A stretch of DNA of 64,000 bases from an uncultured Pseudomonadales bacterium (lineage in GTDB: Bacteria; Pseudomonadota; Gammaproteobacteria; Pseudomonadales; Pseudohongiellaceae). Positions 18,723-29,016 of the stretch are shown here, piece by piece; the first letter of the stretch is position 1, and the number at the start of each line of letters is the position of its first letter. The translations under genes and the position numbers were made by a program. The stretch is taken from assembly GCA_964275945.1 (NCBI GenBank), contig CAXYEH010000021.1:3978-67977 (forward strand). The letters are read 5' to 3'. The notes below the pieces were generated by a model that was not told the DNA's origin, made no database searches, and saw only the letters and a program-made list of their open reading frames with translations.

Positions 18723-20138
18723 ATGACAACAGAATCATCACCAAATTTGACCCCTATTCAAAAACTCGGAGAAGCAATCGCGGACCGAGTGGAACGATGG
18801 ATGCCGAATCCGTTCGTCTTCGCCATTCTCTTAACCTACACAGCTGCACTCGCCGCATTCATTTTGGAAGGGGCTGGGCCGCAGACCATCGCGATCGCAT
18901 GGTACGATGGCTTTTGGGGGCTGCTGCAGTTCGCAATGCAGATGGTGCTGATTCTCGTCACCGCGACAGTGGTGGCCCACCATCCCTACGTCAAGGCCTT
19001 CATCTACCGTTTGGTGAGCATGCCCAAGAACGGTAAGCAGGCAGTCGTCCTAGTGGGATTGGTAAGCATGCTCACCGGCTGGATCTCCTGGGGGCTGGGA
19101 TTAATAGTAGGAGCGATCGTCGCTCGGGAAATGGGAGTCATGGCCAAACGAACAGGTGTGGTCGTGCACTATCCTCTGCTAGCCGTCGCCGGCTACATGG
19201 GAATGAGTCTGACCTGGGGCTGGGGCTTGTCCAGTTCCGCCGGTCTTCTGCAAGCTACTCCGGGAAATATCTTCATGGAGATGGGGATCGTCGACCGCAT
19301 CGTTGAATCGACAGAATGGGTATTCCACCCCTACCCCCTCATGCTGACTGGGATGGCGCTCGTCTACGCCTCAGTGATGCTGTGGCTGCTCACTCCTCCC
19401 AACCAAAACTCCAAAGGGATAGAGCAATACGTCGATCTCTCCATGGAAGAGGCCCCTGAAGAAGCAGCTACGGAAGAAACGGAAGAGAAGTCACTCACCG
19501 CTGCCCGCACTTTTGCCGACAGGGTCGACAACAGCCGAATACTGGGAGGCATCATCGCCCTCACCGGGGTCATTCTTACTCTCAAGGCTTTCTATACCGA
19601 CGGGCTTGGAGCGCTGAACCTAAACGTTTTCAACTTCGGTTTCCTGACGATCGGAATGCTCCTATTCTTGAGTCCTTCCCACTACCAAGCGGAATTCAAT
19701 CGGGCGGTACAAGGATCTGCGGGAGTTATCCTTCAGTTTCCTTTCTATGCAGGGATCATTGGGATCATGACGGGAACCGGCCTCGTAGACACTTTGACTG
19801 CGGCTCTTCTCTCCATTGCAACCCCTGAGAACTTTCCTGTGGTGGCGTGGATGACAGCAGGGGTGTTGAACCTCTTCGTTCCTTCTGCCGGAGGGGAATG
19901 GGCCATCATTGGCGGCCCCATACTCATGGCAGCGCAGGAGCTGGGCATACCTTTGGGTCAGGCCATCGTGGCATACTCCGTGGGCGATGCGCATACGAAT
20001 CTCTTGAATCCCTTTTGGGCCATTCCTCTTCTGGCCATTACCGGGCTCCGAGCCCGGGTGATGTTCGGATACGCTATCACTATGATGATCCTCCTCGTTC
20101 CGTTTATCTGGCTAGCCCTTTACTTCCTTCCCTACTAA
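18723..20138 (+). CDS. atoE: Short-chain fatty acid transporter (AtoE family)
   Basis: The start is placed at MTTESSPNL (residue 38 of track ORF 18612..20138). ERWMPNPFVFAILLTY...WYDGFWGLLQFAMQMVLILVT aligns closely with the E. coli AtoE N-terminus (SRWLPDPLIFAMLLT...WGDGFWNLLAFGMQMALIIVT). The protein is polytopic throughout. Confidence 0.85.
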   Translation: MTTESSPNLTPIQKLGEAIADRVERWMPNPFVFAILLTYTAALAAFILEGAGPQTIAIAWYDGFWGLLQFAMQMVLILVTATVVAHHPYVKAFIYRLVSMPKNGKQAVVLVGLVSMLTGWISWGLGLIVGAIVAREMGVMAKRTGVVVHYPLLAVAGYMGMSLTWGWGLSSSAGLLQATPGNIFMEMGIVDRIVESTEWVFHPYPLMLTGMALVYASVMLWLLTPPNQNSKGIEQYVDLSMEEAPEEAATEETEEKSLTAARTFADRVDNSRILGGIIALTGVILTLKAFYTDGLGALNLNVFNFGFLTIGMLLFLSPSHYQAEFNRAVQGSAGVILQFPFYAGIIGIMTGTGLVDTLTAALLSIATPENFPVVAWMTAGVLNLFVPSAGGEWAIIGGPILMAAQELGIPLGQAIVAYSVGDAHTNLLNPFWAIPLLAITGLRARVMFGYAITMMILLVPFIWLALYFLPY

Positions 20139-20336
20139 CACGAAGGCCCGACCGCGCAATCTCTCTTCATGAGTTTTGCGCGGTCCACGGCCGCAGTGCA
20201 GTTGCTCAACTGCATAAAGCTCGCATGCAGTCAGCCTTGCGGATGCTTTGATCTGGTAGGAATAGTACTCTTCATAACAAGCCGCCTATGTGTCAGCTGG
20301 TTTCAGGGTGGGACAAATTTTCAGTAAAGGACTAGG

Positions 20337-20371
20337 AAAAAAAAAGCCGGGCTACAAAGCTCGGCTTTTTT
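20337..20371. terminator. Bidirectional rho-independent terminator between convergent atoE and TBDR genes
   Basis: aaaaaaaaAGCCGGGCtacaaaGCTCGGCTttttttg. This is a 9-bp stem with one G-U pair and a 6-nt loop, with an A-run upstream and a T-run downstream. Confidence 0.8.
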
Positions 20372-20453
20372 GTTCAGGAAGGTTTTACACCTTCCACGTT
20401 ATTTGGCTGCTTGTCACGCATGTTACGCGCGACCTCAGCCCTTGCCCTGGCTA

Positions 20454-23400
20454 TCAGAAGCGTAAACGGACAGAAGCAATTGCTGACCGCTCCGCAATAA
20501 ACCAGGATTTTCCAGCCCGAGTACCCCCGTTATCCAGGACATAGCTGAGGTTGGACTCAGTATCCAATAAATTGTTGGCCTGTATCGACAAGGTCACGTT
20601 ATCGGTTACATCCCAGATCACAGACGCATCCACAACGCCGTTGTCGTCTTGCCATACCGGAAGGTTGGTAATTCCATCGCGGTAGCTCACCAAGTACTGG
20701 GAACGCCAGTTGTAAGCGAGTCGGGCCTGCCAGTCGTACTTCTGGTACATCAGCACCAAGTTGGCCGTGTGCTCAGATTGACCTACTAAGGGTACGGTAT
20801 CCAAGTTGACCACTTCAGCATAGTTCCAAGCATATTGACTCATCGACGAGCCGTCGACGTGAGGCGGCACACCGCTCGCTTCAATCCATGTGTAGTTGGC
20901 CTGCATTCCGAGACCGTTCCAGAAACTAGGTAGCATGTCGAAGAACTGCGTATAAGCCAGTTCGTAACCGTACATTTTACCTTCTTCACCATTAACCTGA
21001 GATTCCACTAATACCGTCTGGGTCTGACCAGTGGACCCATTAGTAATCTGTTGAGGATTGGAACCGTAGATGAAAAAATTGCTCAGATCCTTGTAAAACA
21101 CCCCACCTGTCAACGAGCTGGCGTCGGCGAAGTACCACTCCAGCGAGGCATCCCACTGTACAGATTCCATCGGCTCTAAGAATGGATTGCCACCGACACC
21201 TTCCCAGCGAATTACTGAGGCGCTTTGTGTCGCAGTCTCCCAGCGTGCGGCATTTTCCGGATCGGCGGGTATGCCTTGCACTACGTCAAGCTCTGCACTG
21301 GTACCGATTTTATTCTGTATACGGTTCATGGTTGGCTGGGCCATTGCCTTACTGACTGCAAAACGGCCAAGCAATCTGTCGCTCAACTCAACTTTCACAT
21401 TCAGGCTAGGCAGCCAATCAGTGTACTTACTGCTGGCGCTCTGAGCCATGGAGCTCTCTGTGCCGAAAGCACGTTCTGCGTCACTGAGGTACCAGTAAGC
21501 GCTTCTGGCCCAAAGAGTATCGTTGGAATTGTAGAAATCATCCAGCTGAGCGTAGTTGCCCGCATCTACTTGGCCCTGTGCATAGGCCAATACACCAGGG
21601 CCGGTCAACGGCGCGGTCTGGCCAGCAGGGAGCTCGTAGGCGGTCCCCGCAAAGAACTGATCCATACCAGGAGAGCGGATGAAACCAGTGGCCTTACGGT
21701 CTAGCTCGACGTAGCGCAAACCGAAATTACCGGCCACGCGCCTGGGCAGGTTATCAAGCTCCCAGTCCAGACGCACATAGGCAGCTGTATTGGTTTCAAC
21801 AGTACTGCTTATCCCATCCTCGTAGAACATGCCGTACCTGCTATCAACATCCTCGCGGCAGCGGTTTCCTCCATCCCAAGTGCCAGCCGACGACGTTTGA
21901 ACAAAGGCTGGATCGCCCGAGCAGATGGCGCCGTCAAGCATCCTTTGAACGTAATCACGACTAAAGCCCAGCAACTGATTACCTCCGGCGATATCCAGCA
22001 CACCTCCGCGATGGAAGTTGGACCAGCTAGTCGCTTCGAACATATTGTACGCTGCACCTTGATCAGCCACATGGTCCATGTACAGAGCGCCAGAGGCCCA
22101 GCTCGGTGAGATAGCGCCCCATCTAACCGGGGCATCGCGAAGCGTCTGTTCACGCTCGCCCCGACGGGCACCAAACTTGATATTGGTAAGCCAGGAAGAA
22201 TCGTTCACGGCGTAGTCTGCATCCACCCGGAACGCGTCGGAATCACCCTGGTCGCGACCGAATATATCCCAAGCGCTACTCATCGAATAGCTGGTTGGAT
22301 CCTGAAAGTAATTGGAATCACCCAGCGGATCACCGGTCCAGCCTGCACGATTGACACCGTTATTGTAGGCAGCCGGGTTGTTGTCACGCTCGCCGTTCCA
22401 AGGACTGATCAATTCCAGGCTAGGCTTGTTACCGCTCACATTCAATCGCTGCATTGCGGGCACAGTAGCGCTCATCAAATTGATATCTTGCTTTTGGGTG
22501 GCATCGATGTTCTGGTAATCGAACTCCACGGTCCAACTCTCATTCGGTGTCCAGACAAAGTTCAAGGAAATATCGTCCAGCTTCCTGCTTGTCTCATTCC
22601 GCTCCGTTTGCGTAGTGAAATTATGACCGAACTGGGCCATACCCCCTACATCACCGTAATACCAGGGTCGAGGTATATAAGGATTGACGTAACGGGTATT
22701 CTTCTCAGTGCCACCCGGACCAATCATCCCGTTGGCTCGCCAGCCCCAGTTGGCATGAGCCAGAGTACCGGACTGGAACACACCTTTATCATCAAACTGG
22801 AGTTGGGTGTCCCCGTAGGCACGCGTGTTTCTTGAGGAGATGCTAGTCCCCCCATCATACCGGAGCCAATTTTGCCAAAAATTGTATGTCGAAGCCGAGC
22901 GTATGTACTCCGCCGTCAACAGGTACTTGTTGTCAATATCGCGCCACTGGAAAGAGATAACCCCGCCGTCTGTGGTGTTTTCATCTTCTTTCTGGGTAAA
23001 GTTTGCACCTGAGGGCACCATGACTTGGCCGCCACTAAAGCTTTCCGCACCGGCAAGGGCCCAAGCATCGTAAGGTATGTAAGGGTTGATATGAACGGCA
23101 TTGGAAATGGCCTCCCTCTCGGAACTCTGGGCTTGGATCAACAAGCCGAACTCGCCAGAACTGGTCTCCCAGCGGTTGCTGTACAAGCCAGACGTCTCAG
23201 GGGTCCAATCCATATTAAGATCACCCCATCGCCCCCCTGCGTTAAACGCGATCATCTGCCCTTCTTGATCAAAAGGCTTACGGGTAATTAGGCTCACAGT
23301 CCCGCCAATACCACCTTCAATCATGTCCGCGGTCTGGTTCTTATAAATGTTCACACCAGCCAACAACTCGGGAGCAACATCACCAAAAGAAAGACCACGC

Positions 23401-23816
23401 CCGCTGGCGTGGAAGGCATCGCGTCCGTTGAATTCGGAACGGGTGGCCGACATACCTCGGATCGCCACCCCTCTACCTTCGACCGAAAAGTAGTCCGGCC
23501 AACCCTCACCTACACGCTCAATGGAGACACCTGGAATGCGCTGCATGGCCTCTAGTACAGAACGATCGGGCAAGGCACCGATGTCGAGCGCACTTATCGC
23601 GTCAACAAAGGTGTCTGCATCTCTCTTGATCTCCTGGGCATTACGCAGACTCGCACGCGCACCCCTAACTACTACCTCTTCTATTACCTGCTCTGTCTCT
23701 TGCGCCTGCACCACAACCGGCGCACCCGCAGCTACAACGCAAGTAGCAAGTAGCGATCGACAAATCTTCGACATTGGGAACGGAGGGGTTGAATACTTTG
23801 GGTGAAATCTACTCAT
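20454..23816 (-). CDS. TonB-dependent receptor (large, 1106-1120 aa)
   Basis: The plug region reads IEEVVVRGARASL...DAISALDIGALPDRSVLEAMQRIPGVS. A long beta-barrel follows, ending ...ASVRLRF with a terminal Phe. The start is either 23816 (GGGAGA 9 nt upstream) or 23774 (MSKICRSLLATCVVAAG). Confidence 0.9.
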   Translation of the reverse strand: MSRFHPKYSTPPFPMSKICRSLLATCVVAAGAPVVVQAQETEQVIEEVVVRGARASLRNAQEIKRDADTFVDAISALDIGALPDRSVLEAMQRIPGVSIERVGEGWPDYFSVEGRGVAIRGMSATRSEFNGRDAFHASGRGLSFGDVAPELLAGVNIYKNQTADMIEGGIGGTVSLITRKPFDQEGQMIAFNAGGRWGDLNMDWTPETSGLYSNRWETSSGEFGLLIQAQSSEREAISNAVHINPYIPYDAWALAGAESFSGGQVMVPSGANFTQKEDENTTDGGVISFQWRDIDNKYLLTAEYIRSASTYNFWQNWLRYDGGTSISSRNTRAYGDTQLQFDDKGVFQSGTLAHANWGWRANGMIGPGGTEKNTRYVNPYIPRPWYYGDVGGMAQFGHNFTTQTERNETSRKLDDISLNFVWTPNESWTVEFDYQNIDATQKQDINLMSATVPAMQRLNVSGNKPSLELISPWNGERDNNPAAYNNGVNRAGWTGDPLGDSNYFQDPTSYSMSSAWDIFGRDQGDSDAFRVDADYAVNDSSWLTNIKFGARRGEREQTLRDAPVRWGAISPSWASGALYMDHVADQGAAYNMFEATSWSNFHRGGVLDIAGGNQLLGFSRDYVQRMLDGAICSGDPAFVQTSSAGTWDGGNRCREDVDSRYGMFYEDGISSTVETNTAAYVRLDWELDNLPRRVAGNFGLRYVELDRKATGFIRSPGMDQFFAGTAYELPAGQTAPLTGPGVLAYAQGQVDAGNYAQLDDFYNSNDTLWARSAYWYLSDAERAFGTESSMAQSASSKYTDWLPSLNVKVELSDRLLGRFAVSKAMAQPTMNRIQNKIGTSAELDVVQGIPADPENAARWETATQSASVIRWEGVGGNPFLEPMESVQWDASLEWYFADASSLTGGVFYKDLSNFFIYGSNPQQITNGSTGQTQTVLVESQVNGEEGKMYGYELAYTQFFDMLPSFWNGLGMQANYTWIEASGVPPHVDGSSMSQYAWNYAEVVNLDTVPLVGQSEHTANLVLMYQKYDWQARLAYNWRSQYLVSYRDGITNLPVWQDDNGVVDASVIWDVTDNVTLSIQANNLLDTESNLSYVLDNGGTRAGKSWFIAERSAIASVRLRF

Positions 23817-24431
23817 CTATCTGTATCTCCCTTGTTATTATTGCAACCTTTTTCAAATAATTAAGGTACATATGCTGGTACTTAATATCTTTTTCTTCAC
23901 ACTATCTAAAGTGAGTCATAGGCGTCAACCATCCAGTTGTGACTGTTTGTAATGTAGAGTTGCAAATAATGGGGCTATAGTTAAACGGCGAGTCTAATAT
24001 TGCATGGCACAAAGGCTTTAGGCACCTTTCAAAGTACTGGCAATGTTGTTCGCAGATGCGCAATATAACTTACGTTATATAGTAGCTTGCCTATGGGCCA
24101 GCCGTGCAGCTTGAGGATTAGAGAGCTAAGGATTCGGCACAAGCTAACCCCTGCACAATGCCACGAAAGCCAAATTAGTAGTCTCCATATTGCAAATAAT
24201 TGCCAATGTTCTGCCCCTAATTTCTCCCTTAGGGAAAAAATACCGAGATGTTATTCAAAATAAATCTAGGGCTTAGAACTAAGAGGTCCCGGGTATCTTT
24301 GTTTATTCAACCCATATCATACCTGCTCGAGGTGTCCCCATGGATCCCCTCTGTGCAACCTATATAGAATTTGATGAGCCCGGGTTAGCGGCTAGAAGCA
24401 AACAACTCTAGCAGCCTTAATCGGTAACTGA

Positions 24432-24698
24432 ACCTTATGTACTTCCTCATGGTGGCGCGAACTGTCGGCGAATACTTCGGTAGGAGGCAGTGGAAATATG
24501 GCTACCGCAGGTGATCTGGTTTTTCAGGGAACTGAAGGTAGCGGCTTCGATGCCTTACATGCAGAAAATGGAGAAACGCTCTTCCGCTATGAAGCCCTGA
24601 GAACCATTCATGCCAGCTCCTTAACTTATGAGGTCGATGGCAAGCAGTACGTGACTGTGGTGGCGACCAGCACTTTAATTACTCTAGCACTGCCGTAG
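24432..24698 (+). pseudogene. C-terminal fragment of a PQQ-dependent dehydrogenase (methanol/ethanol family), inverted relative to the intact copies
   Basis: The open frame from 24432 reads ...GGSGNMATAGDLVFQGTEGSGFDALHAENGETLFRYE...SLTYEVDGKQYVTVVAT...LALP*. It is collinear with the last ~85 aa of 27055..28908 (STGGGLVFGGDANGRFRAHDHETGEALWE...ITYAVDGKQYVAVNT...VFALP*). No upstream propeller is present. Confidence 0.75.
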
Positions 24699-24727
24699 CG
24701 GAACCTGCAGGTTCTCGACCACTAGTC

Positions 24728-25522
24728 TTATCGACGAACTACCTCGACGACGTTGCCGGACGGGTCATTTGCTAGGAACATACCGGAACCATACTCTTTA
24801 AGACCAAGGCCGCCAGCTTTTACCCGTTCAAGCACTACGTCGAACGCTGACGAATATATCGCGACCACGGGGTTCTCGCTCTTGGGGAGTGGCGCTTCGC
24901 CCTTAGGCTCGTATAGTGCGACGAACTTGCCATCACCAAAATCAAAGAAGACCTCATCGAAGCTCTCCGTCACGATGCGCCGTCCTGGCGTCACGTCGAA
25001 AACACGCACGAAGAATTCTTCCGCCGCCGCTCGGTCCGCGACTATCAGGCGGGCACCAGCCACCTTCGGGGGACCATCAACCTCAACGAGTTCAATCGTG
25101 TTGCCGCTCGGGTCGGTGGTGATTCCAATACGCACGCTATTGCCATCGCCGACGTCGACCGACATGATATTCAATGAGTGGTTTGCACTTTCCATTCGCG
25201 CAGCCACAGCGTCAATGTCGGGAATCATCACTACTGAAACTGGATGCGGGGTCTTCTCGATGTCTTCTATCTTGGCGTAGCCCAGCAGCCCGACACGCAT
25301 GATCCCGTCGCCAAATCCCATAAACGGCTCGGTGAGGCTGCCGGGGGCCTCAAATCGACCGACTTCTTCCATCCCCACTAGATCCTGATAGAACGCGACA
25401 GCAGCGTCGACATCGCTGACCGTGAACTTTGTCGTACGCAATTCGTGCGGCTGTGCCGAGGCGCTGAGGGTCAAGGTGACTGTCGCGATGCTACATAGAA
25501 TTATTGCTAGTGCTTTTTTCAT
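24728..25522 (-). CDS. Two-domain VOC-fold protein, exported
   Basis: Signal peptide MKKALAIILCSIATVTLTLSASAQP. TKFTVSDVDAAVAFYQDLVGM ... DPSGNTIELVE; RLIVADRAAAEEFF ... DPSGNVVEVV. It is a paralog of 16451..17254. Confidence 0.75.
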   Translation of the reverse strand: MKKALAIILCSIATVTLTLSASAQPHELRTTKFTVSDVDAAVAFYQDLVGMEEVGRFEAPGSLTEPFMGFGDGIMRVGLLGYAKIEDIEKTPHPVSVVMIPDIDAVAARMESANHSLNIMSVDVGDGNSVRIGITTDPSGNTIELVEVDGPPKVAGARLIVADRAAAEEFFVRVFDVTPGRRIVTESFDEVFFDFGDGKFVALYEPKGEAPLPKSENPVVAIYSSAFDVVLERVKAGGLGLKEYGSGMFLANDPSGNVVEVVRR

Positions 25523-25543
25523 GGCTTTTACTTTTAGTTTTTC

Positions 25544-25996
25544 TTAGCTAACTGGCTTAGCAGTGATCATGAGTTTGTCCAAGGCTTTCTCATCCGATTC
25601 CAACTCGGCGTCCCCTGCTGGAAACTCATTGGACTTCAGGATGAACGCTAAGATGTCCTCGTATGACCCTTTCGTTAGACTGCGCGGCTGATCCAAGGGC
25701 ATGTCGTTACGTATTTTTGAGTACAGTTCACCCAGAGATTTTCCTTCCCAAAGAAACATGAACCCCATACCCACCAAACCGGCTGCATGACTGTCCCCCC
25801 TGAGATTGGCCCCATGACAGCCCGCGCAGCTCACGCGATAGTCCTCGGCCCCTCGTTCAGCCTGAGCCTCGGTATAGGAACCGCTCCAGATCGACTCTGC
25901 TACCTGGGCATGAAGAGTCCATGGAACGAACAATGCAGCGACCGCAGCTAAATAGCTCAAGGCAATGACCATGTATCGTGATGAATGTTTCGTCAT
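25544..25996 (-). CDS. c-type cytochrome (monohaem), exported
   Basis: Signal/anchor region VIALSYLAAVAALFVPWTLHA and the haem motif CAGCH in YRVSCAGCHGANLRG. It is about 150 aa and sits near the PQQ dehydrogenase genes. Confidence 0.8.
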   Translation of the reverse strand: MTKHSSRYMVIALSYLAAVAALFVPWTLHAQVAESIWSGSYTEAQAERGAEDYRVSCAGCHGANLRGDSHAAGLVGMGFMFLWEGKSLGELYSKIRNDMPLDQPRSLTKGSYEDILAFILKSNEFPAGDAELESDEKALDKLMITAKPVS

Positions 25997-26298
25997 AATT
26001 TTTCTCCTGCTTCTATAATTCTAAAAGGCTCCCAGATTCTAGAGGCGACCCTGTCACATATTAACTCTGCGATCGCGACCATAACAAATCGGTTATGATC
26101 TGCTTTTCAGCCGTCACAGAATAGCCGAACGAAGCCTCAAGCTGTTGAGGAGTATACCTCCTTCTGTTCAGCGTCCAAGCTTGGCTATGTCGTTGCACCA
26201 ACATTGAAACTGTCTTAGCGCAACTATAGTCAATCCTAGATAAGAAATAGTGAGGATGATTTCTTGATGCTTTGTTATGAGGCAGCTTTAACTGGCCT

Positions 26299-26817
26299 CT
26301 ATTTGAGCTCGCTTTCGATCTGCGTAGGATCTACATCCCGAGGCGAGATCAGGAGCATCAGCGAACCAAGGAGAGCTGCAACGGTAAAAGCCATTCCAAA
26401 AATAACCTCGCTTACTACATTTGACCAAAGCGTTGGCCCCTCAGGTGTTACATAAATCTCACTCCATATCACCACGCCAAACAGCATTAGAATATCAAGA
26501 ATTCGGGCGCCGATGGTTATGACGGCCCATGCGCAGATCCAAGAATTATTTTTCCGAAAGTCGACACTCTTGCTGTTGGAAGACAGCCCGCACTGAATCG
26601 CGAAATAGAACGCCGCGATGAACCCCATAATGTCCAAAATCCACGCATTAATCCCCCAGTTAAAACCATCCACGACGCAGGTGACAACCACAGTTACCAA
26701 ATGTGTCACCACGAAACAGACCCCCAACAGAGCCGCAACGCCCAAAAATCGATGACCCGCAGTGAGCACAGGGGCTTGAAACAACCCGCTTATGCCAAAA
26801 ATTTTAAAATTAGTCAT
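26299..26817 (-). CDS. Hypothetical integral membrane protein
   Basis: 172-aa ORF with about 5 hydrophobic helices. I recognise no family, and coding status rests on ORF length and hydrophobic periodicity. Confidence 0.5.
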   Translation of the reverse strand: MTNFKIFGISGLFQAPVLTAGHRFLGVAALLGVCFVVTHLVTVVVTCVVDGFNWGINAWILDIMGFIAAFYFAIQCGLSSNSKSVDFRKNNSWICAWAVITIGARILDILMLFGVVIWSEIYVTPEGPTLWSNVVSEVIFGMAFTVAALLGSLMLLISPRDVDPTQIESELK

Positions 26818-27054
26818 GCAATATTTCCTAACTCATTAACTAATAATCTCGGTCGTGTAACGCCGAGCCCTTTTGATTTGTTTGTTATGTGCTTTTACAA
26901 AAAAAGAACAAAGGCTTCCGGTAGTTTGACGGGATTATCGTTTACAAGGATGTTGTGCAATCTCACTTAGAGTTGACCTGACGAGATTAACAACCCAGGA
27001 GACCCTCTACAGGAGGGTCCCCAGAAGACATAGATTCCGTCAGTGCCGCCTCAG

Positions 27055-28908
27055 CTAGGGTAATGCAAATACGAACAGGTTGGTTCCGCGGCTAGGCCTT
27101 AACTCGGGTGTCCCAATGCTACCTAACCAGGGCCCGGTATTTACCGCAACATACTGCTTCCCATCCACTGCATAAGTTATCGGGAAGCCGACTACCGGGG
27201 AGCCCAGGTTTATTTCCCAAAGGGCCTCACCGGTCTCATGATCGTGGGCCCGAAAGCGGCCGTTGGCATCTCCGCCGAATACCAGCCCGCCGCCTGTGGA
27301 CATCAGCGATGTAGTGCCGGCCCGTTGCTCATAAAGCCATTCGGTGCGGCCTGTTTCGGCATTGATTGCTCTTACGGTGCCCAAGTTGTCCGTGCCGGGT
27401 GCAATCCGATGCCTGCCCGCCAGTGAGTACAGAGCCAGGCCACCTCTGACAATCTCACGCTCGAGGTCGGTAGCCCTTTGCGTTTCGAAGTCAGCGGTGG
27501 CCATCATGTCGGCACAGGTGTTGCGCAACGGATAGTACATGGTATTGGTGAGTGGGCTGTAGGTACCCGTTTCCCAATTCTTGCCCCCAAGCCAGGTCGG
27601 ACAGACAAACACAATTTGTTCTGTCTCACGAAAAACCACCTCCGGATTTTCCGTCACCTCGCCAGTCACGCCGTCAATGTTCTGTATTATGTTCTGGAAT
27701 ACGGTAGGAGTTGCCCACAGGAACTCGCCGGTCTCTCGGTCCAGCGTGTACACCACGCCGGTCTTGCCGGGAATACCGGTGATGACCTTGCGAACTTCGC
27801 CAACCTTCAGATCAGGGTTAATCCACTCAACTTCGTCTGGATCGGGTGTCACTGAGGTGTCCACGAGCAGGCGCTCAAAAGGATGGTCCATATCCCAGTG
27901 ATCATTGAGATGCTGGTAGTACCAGCGTATCTCACCGGTATCTACCTCCAGCGCCAGGGTACTGTTGTGATACAAATACTTCTTATCAACGCCATCTAGA
28001 AAGATTTTCGGTGCCGGCGAGGTGACAGAAGTACCGAAGATAATCAGCTTCAGCTCCGGGTCGTAACTCGAAGGCGTCCAGGATCCTACTTGTTGACGCA
28101 GCTCGTAAGGCACGTCGCCCCAGGTCTCGTAACCCGGCTCTCCAGGGGCTGGAATCAATTGGCGGCGCCACAGCTCGGCGCCGGTACGGGCATCATGGGC
28201 GGCGACAAAGCAGGCATCGGGCCCACCTCCCGGATAACCAAGTGTCGACTTACAACTGCGACCAGAAATTACTCGACCATCGGCAATAATCGGCCCCGAA
28301 CTATGGGTGCCGGTATTGATCTTGTAGTCGGAAACCTGGGTTTCCCATACGATTTCGCCGGTTTGAGCATTCAGTGCGAACACAAAGCCTTCAGCGCTAG
28401 AGTCGATGATTAGGTTTTCGTAAATGGCTAGGTTGCGATTATTGCTACCATGAGGCCCAATCCACTGAGACAGATCATCAGGCAGGTCCCGTCGATATGC
28501 CCAGATCAAGTCGCCACTGACGGCATCGATGGCCTCGATCACATCATTGGCCTGCGGAACGTAGAGGAGGCCGTTATAGGCCAGCGGTGTAATTTCATCA
28601 GTAGCGGCGGCCAGGTTGCGAGTCCACACCATCCTCATCTGACCCACATTGTCACGGTTGACTTCAGCCAAGGGGCTGTAGCCCCAGCTATCAAGCGTGC
28701 GACGCCACATGAGCCAGTCGCTGGGAGCGGGGTCCTGTAACATGGCATCGGTAACGGGTGGAAAACTACCAGGTCCTTGGCCGTAACTGACCGGGCTGAG
28801 TAAAACCAGACTTGCCAGCAAGACAGCCAGAGTCGTTTGTACAGTCCGGACAAAAACACCGAGTGTGGTATGGGAGATAGCGGGGTAGGTAGATATCACG
28901 TTTTTCAT
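27055..28908 (-). CDS. PQQ-dependent dehydrogenase, methanol/ethanol (type I ADH-like) family, exported
   Basis: 617 aa. The N-terminal signature reads VTDAMLQDPAPSDWLMWRRTLDSWGYSPLAEVNRDNVGQMRMVW. Propeller W-motifs, NDHWDMDHP, and the C-terminal ITYAVDGKQYVAV block are present. Confidence 0.9.
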   Translation of the reverse strand: MKNVISTYPAISHTTLGVFVRTVQTTLAVLLASLVLLSPVSYGQGPGSFPPVTDAMLQDPAPSDWLMWRRTLDSWGYSPLAEVNRDNVGQMRMVWTRNLAAATDEITPLAYNGLLYVPQANDVIEAIDAVSGDLIWAYRRDLPDDLSQWIGPHGSNNRNLAIYENLIIDSSAEGFVFALNAQTGEIVWETQVSDYKINTGTHSSGPIIADGRVISGRSCKSTLGYPGGGPDACFVAAHDARTGAELWRRQLIPAPGEPGYETWGDVPYELRQQVGSWTPSSYDPELKLIIFGTSVTSPAPKIFLDGVDKKYLYHNSTLALEVDTGEIRWYYQHLNDHWDMDHPFERLLVDTSVTPDPDEVEWINPDLKVGEVRKVITGIPGKTGVVYTLDRETGEFLWATPTVFQNIIQNIDGVTGEVTENPEVVFRETEQIVFVCPTWLGGKNWETGTYSPLTNTMYYPLRNTCADMMATADFETQRATDLEREIVRGGLALYSLAGRHRIAPGTDNLGTVRAINAETGRTEWLYEQRAGTTSLMSTGGGLVFGGDANGRFRAHDHETGEALWEINLGSPVVGFPITYAVDGKQYVAVNTGPWLGSIGTPELRPSRGTNLFVFALP

Positions 28909-29016
28909 GGCTATGTCGTTATCGAAATTTGGATTGCAGCATTAGGGTGGTCCGCTTTGAACCGCCATGGGACGGAGCCCTAGTCGGGCTCCACTCTATG
29001 TACATCTTCGCTTCAG

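Noticed and set aside
20150-20185. A 10-bp inverted repeat GACCGCGCAA ... TTGCGCGGTC just after atoE.
   Set aside because: It has a 16-nt loop and no U-tract. The canonical bidirectional terminator at 20337-20371 explains termination here.
23817-24431. A possible cobalamin or other riboswitch in the long leader of the TonB-dependent receptor.
   Set aside because: I did not see a B12-box-like GCCACTG element or other recognisable riboswitch core on the minus strand. This requires an Infernal scan.
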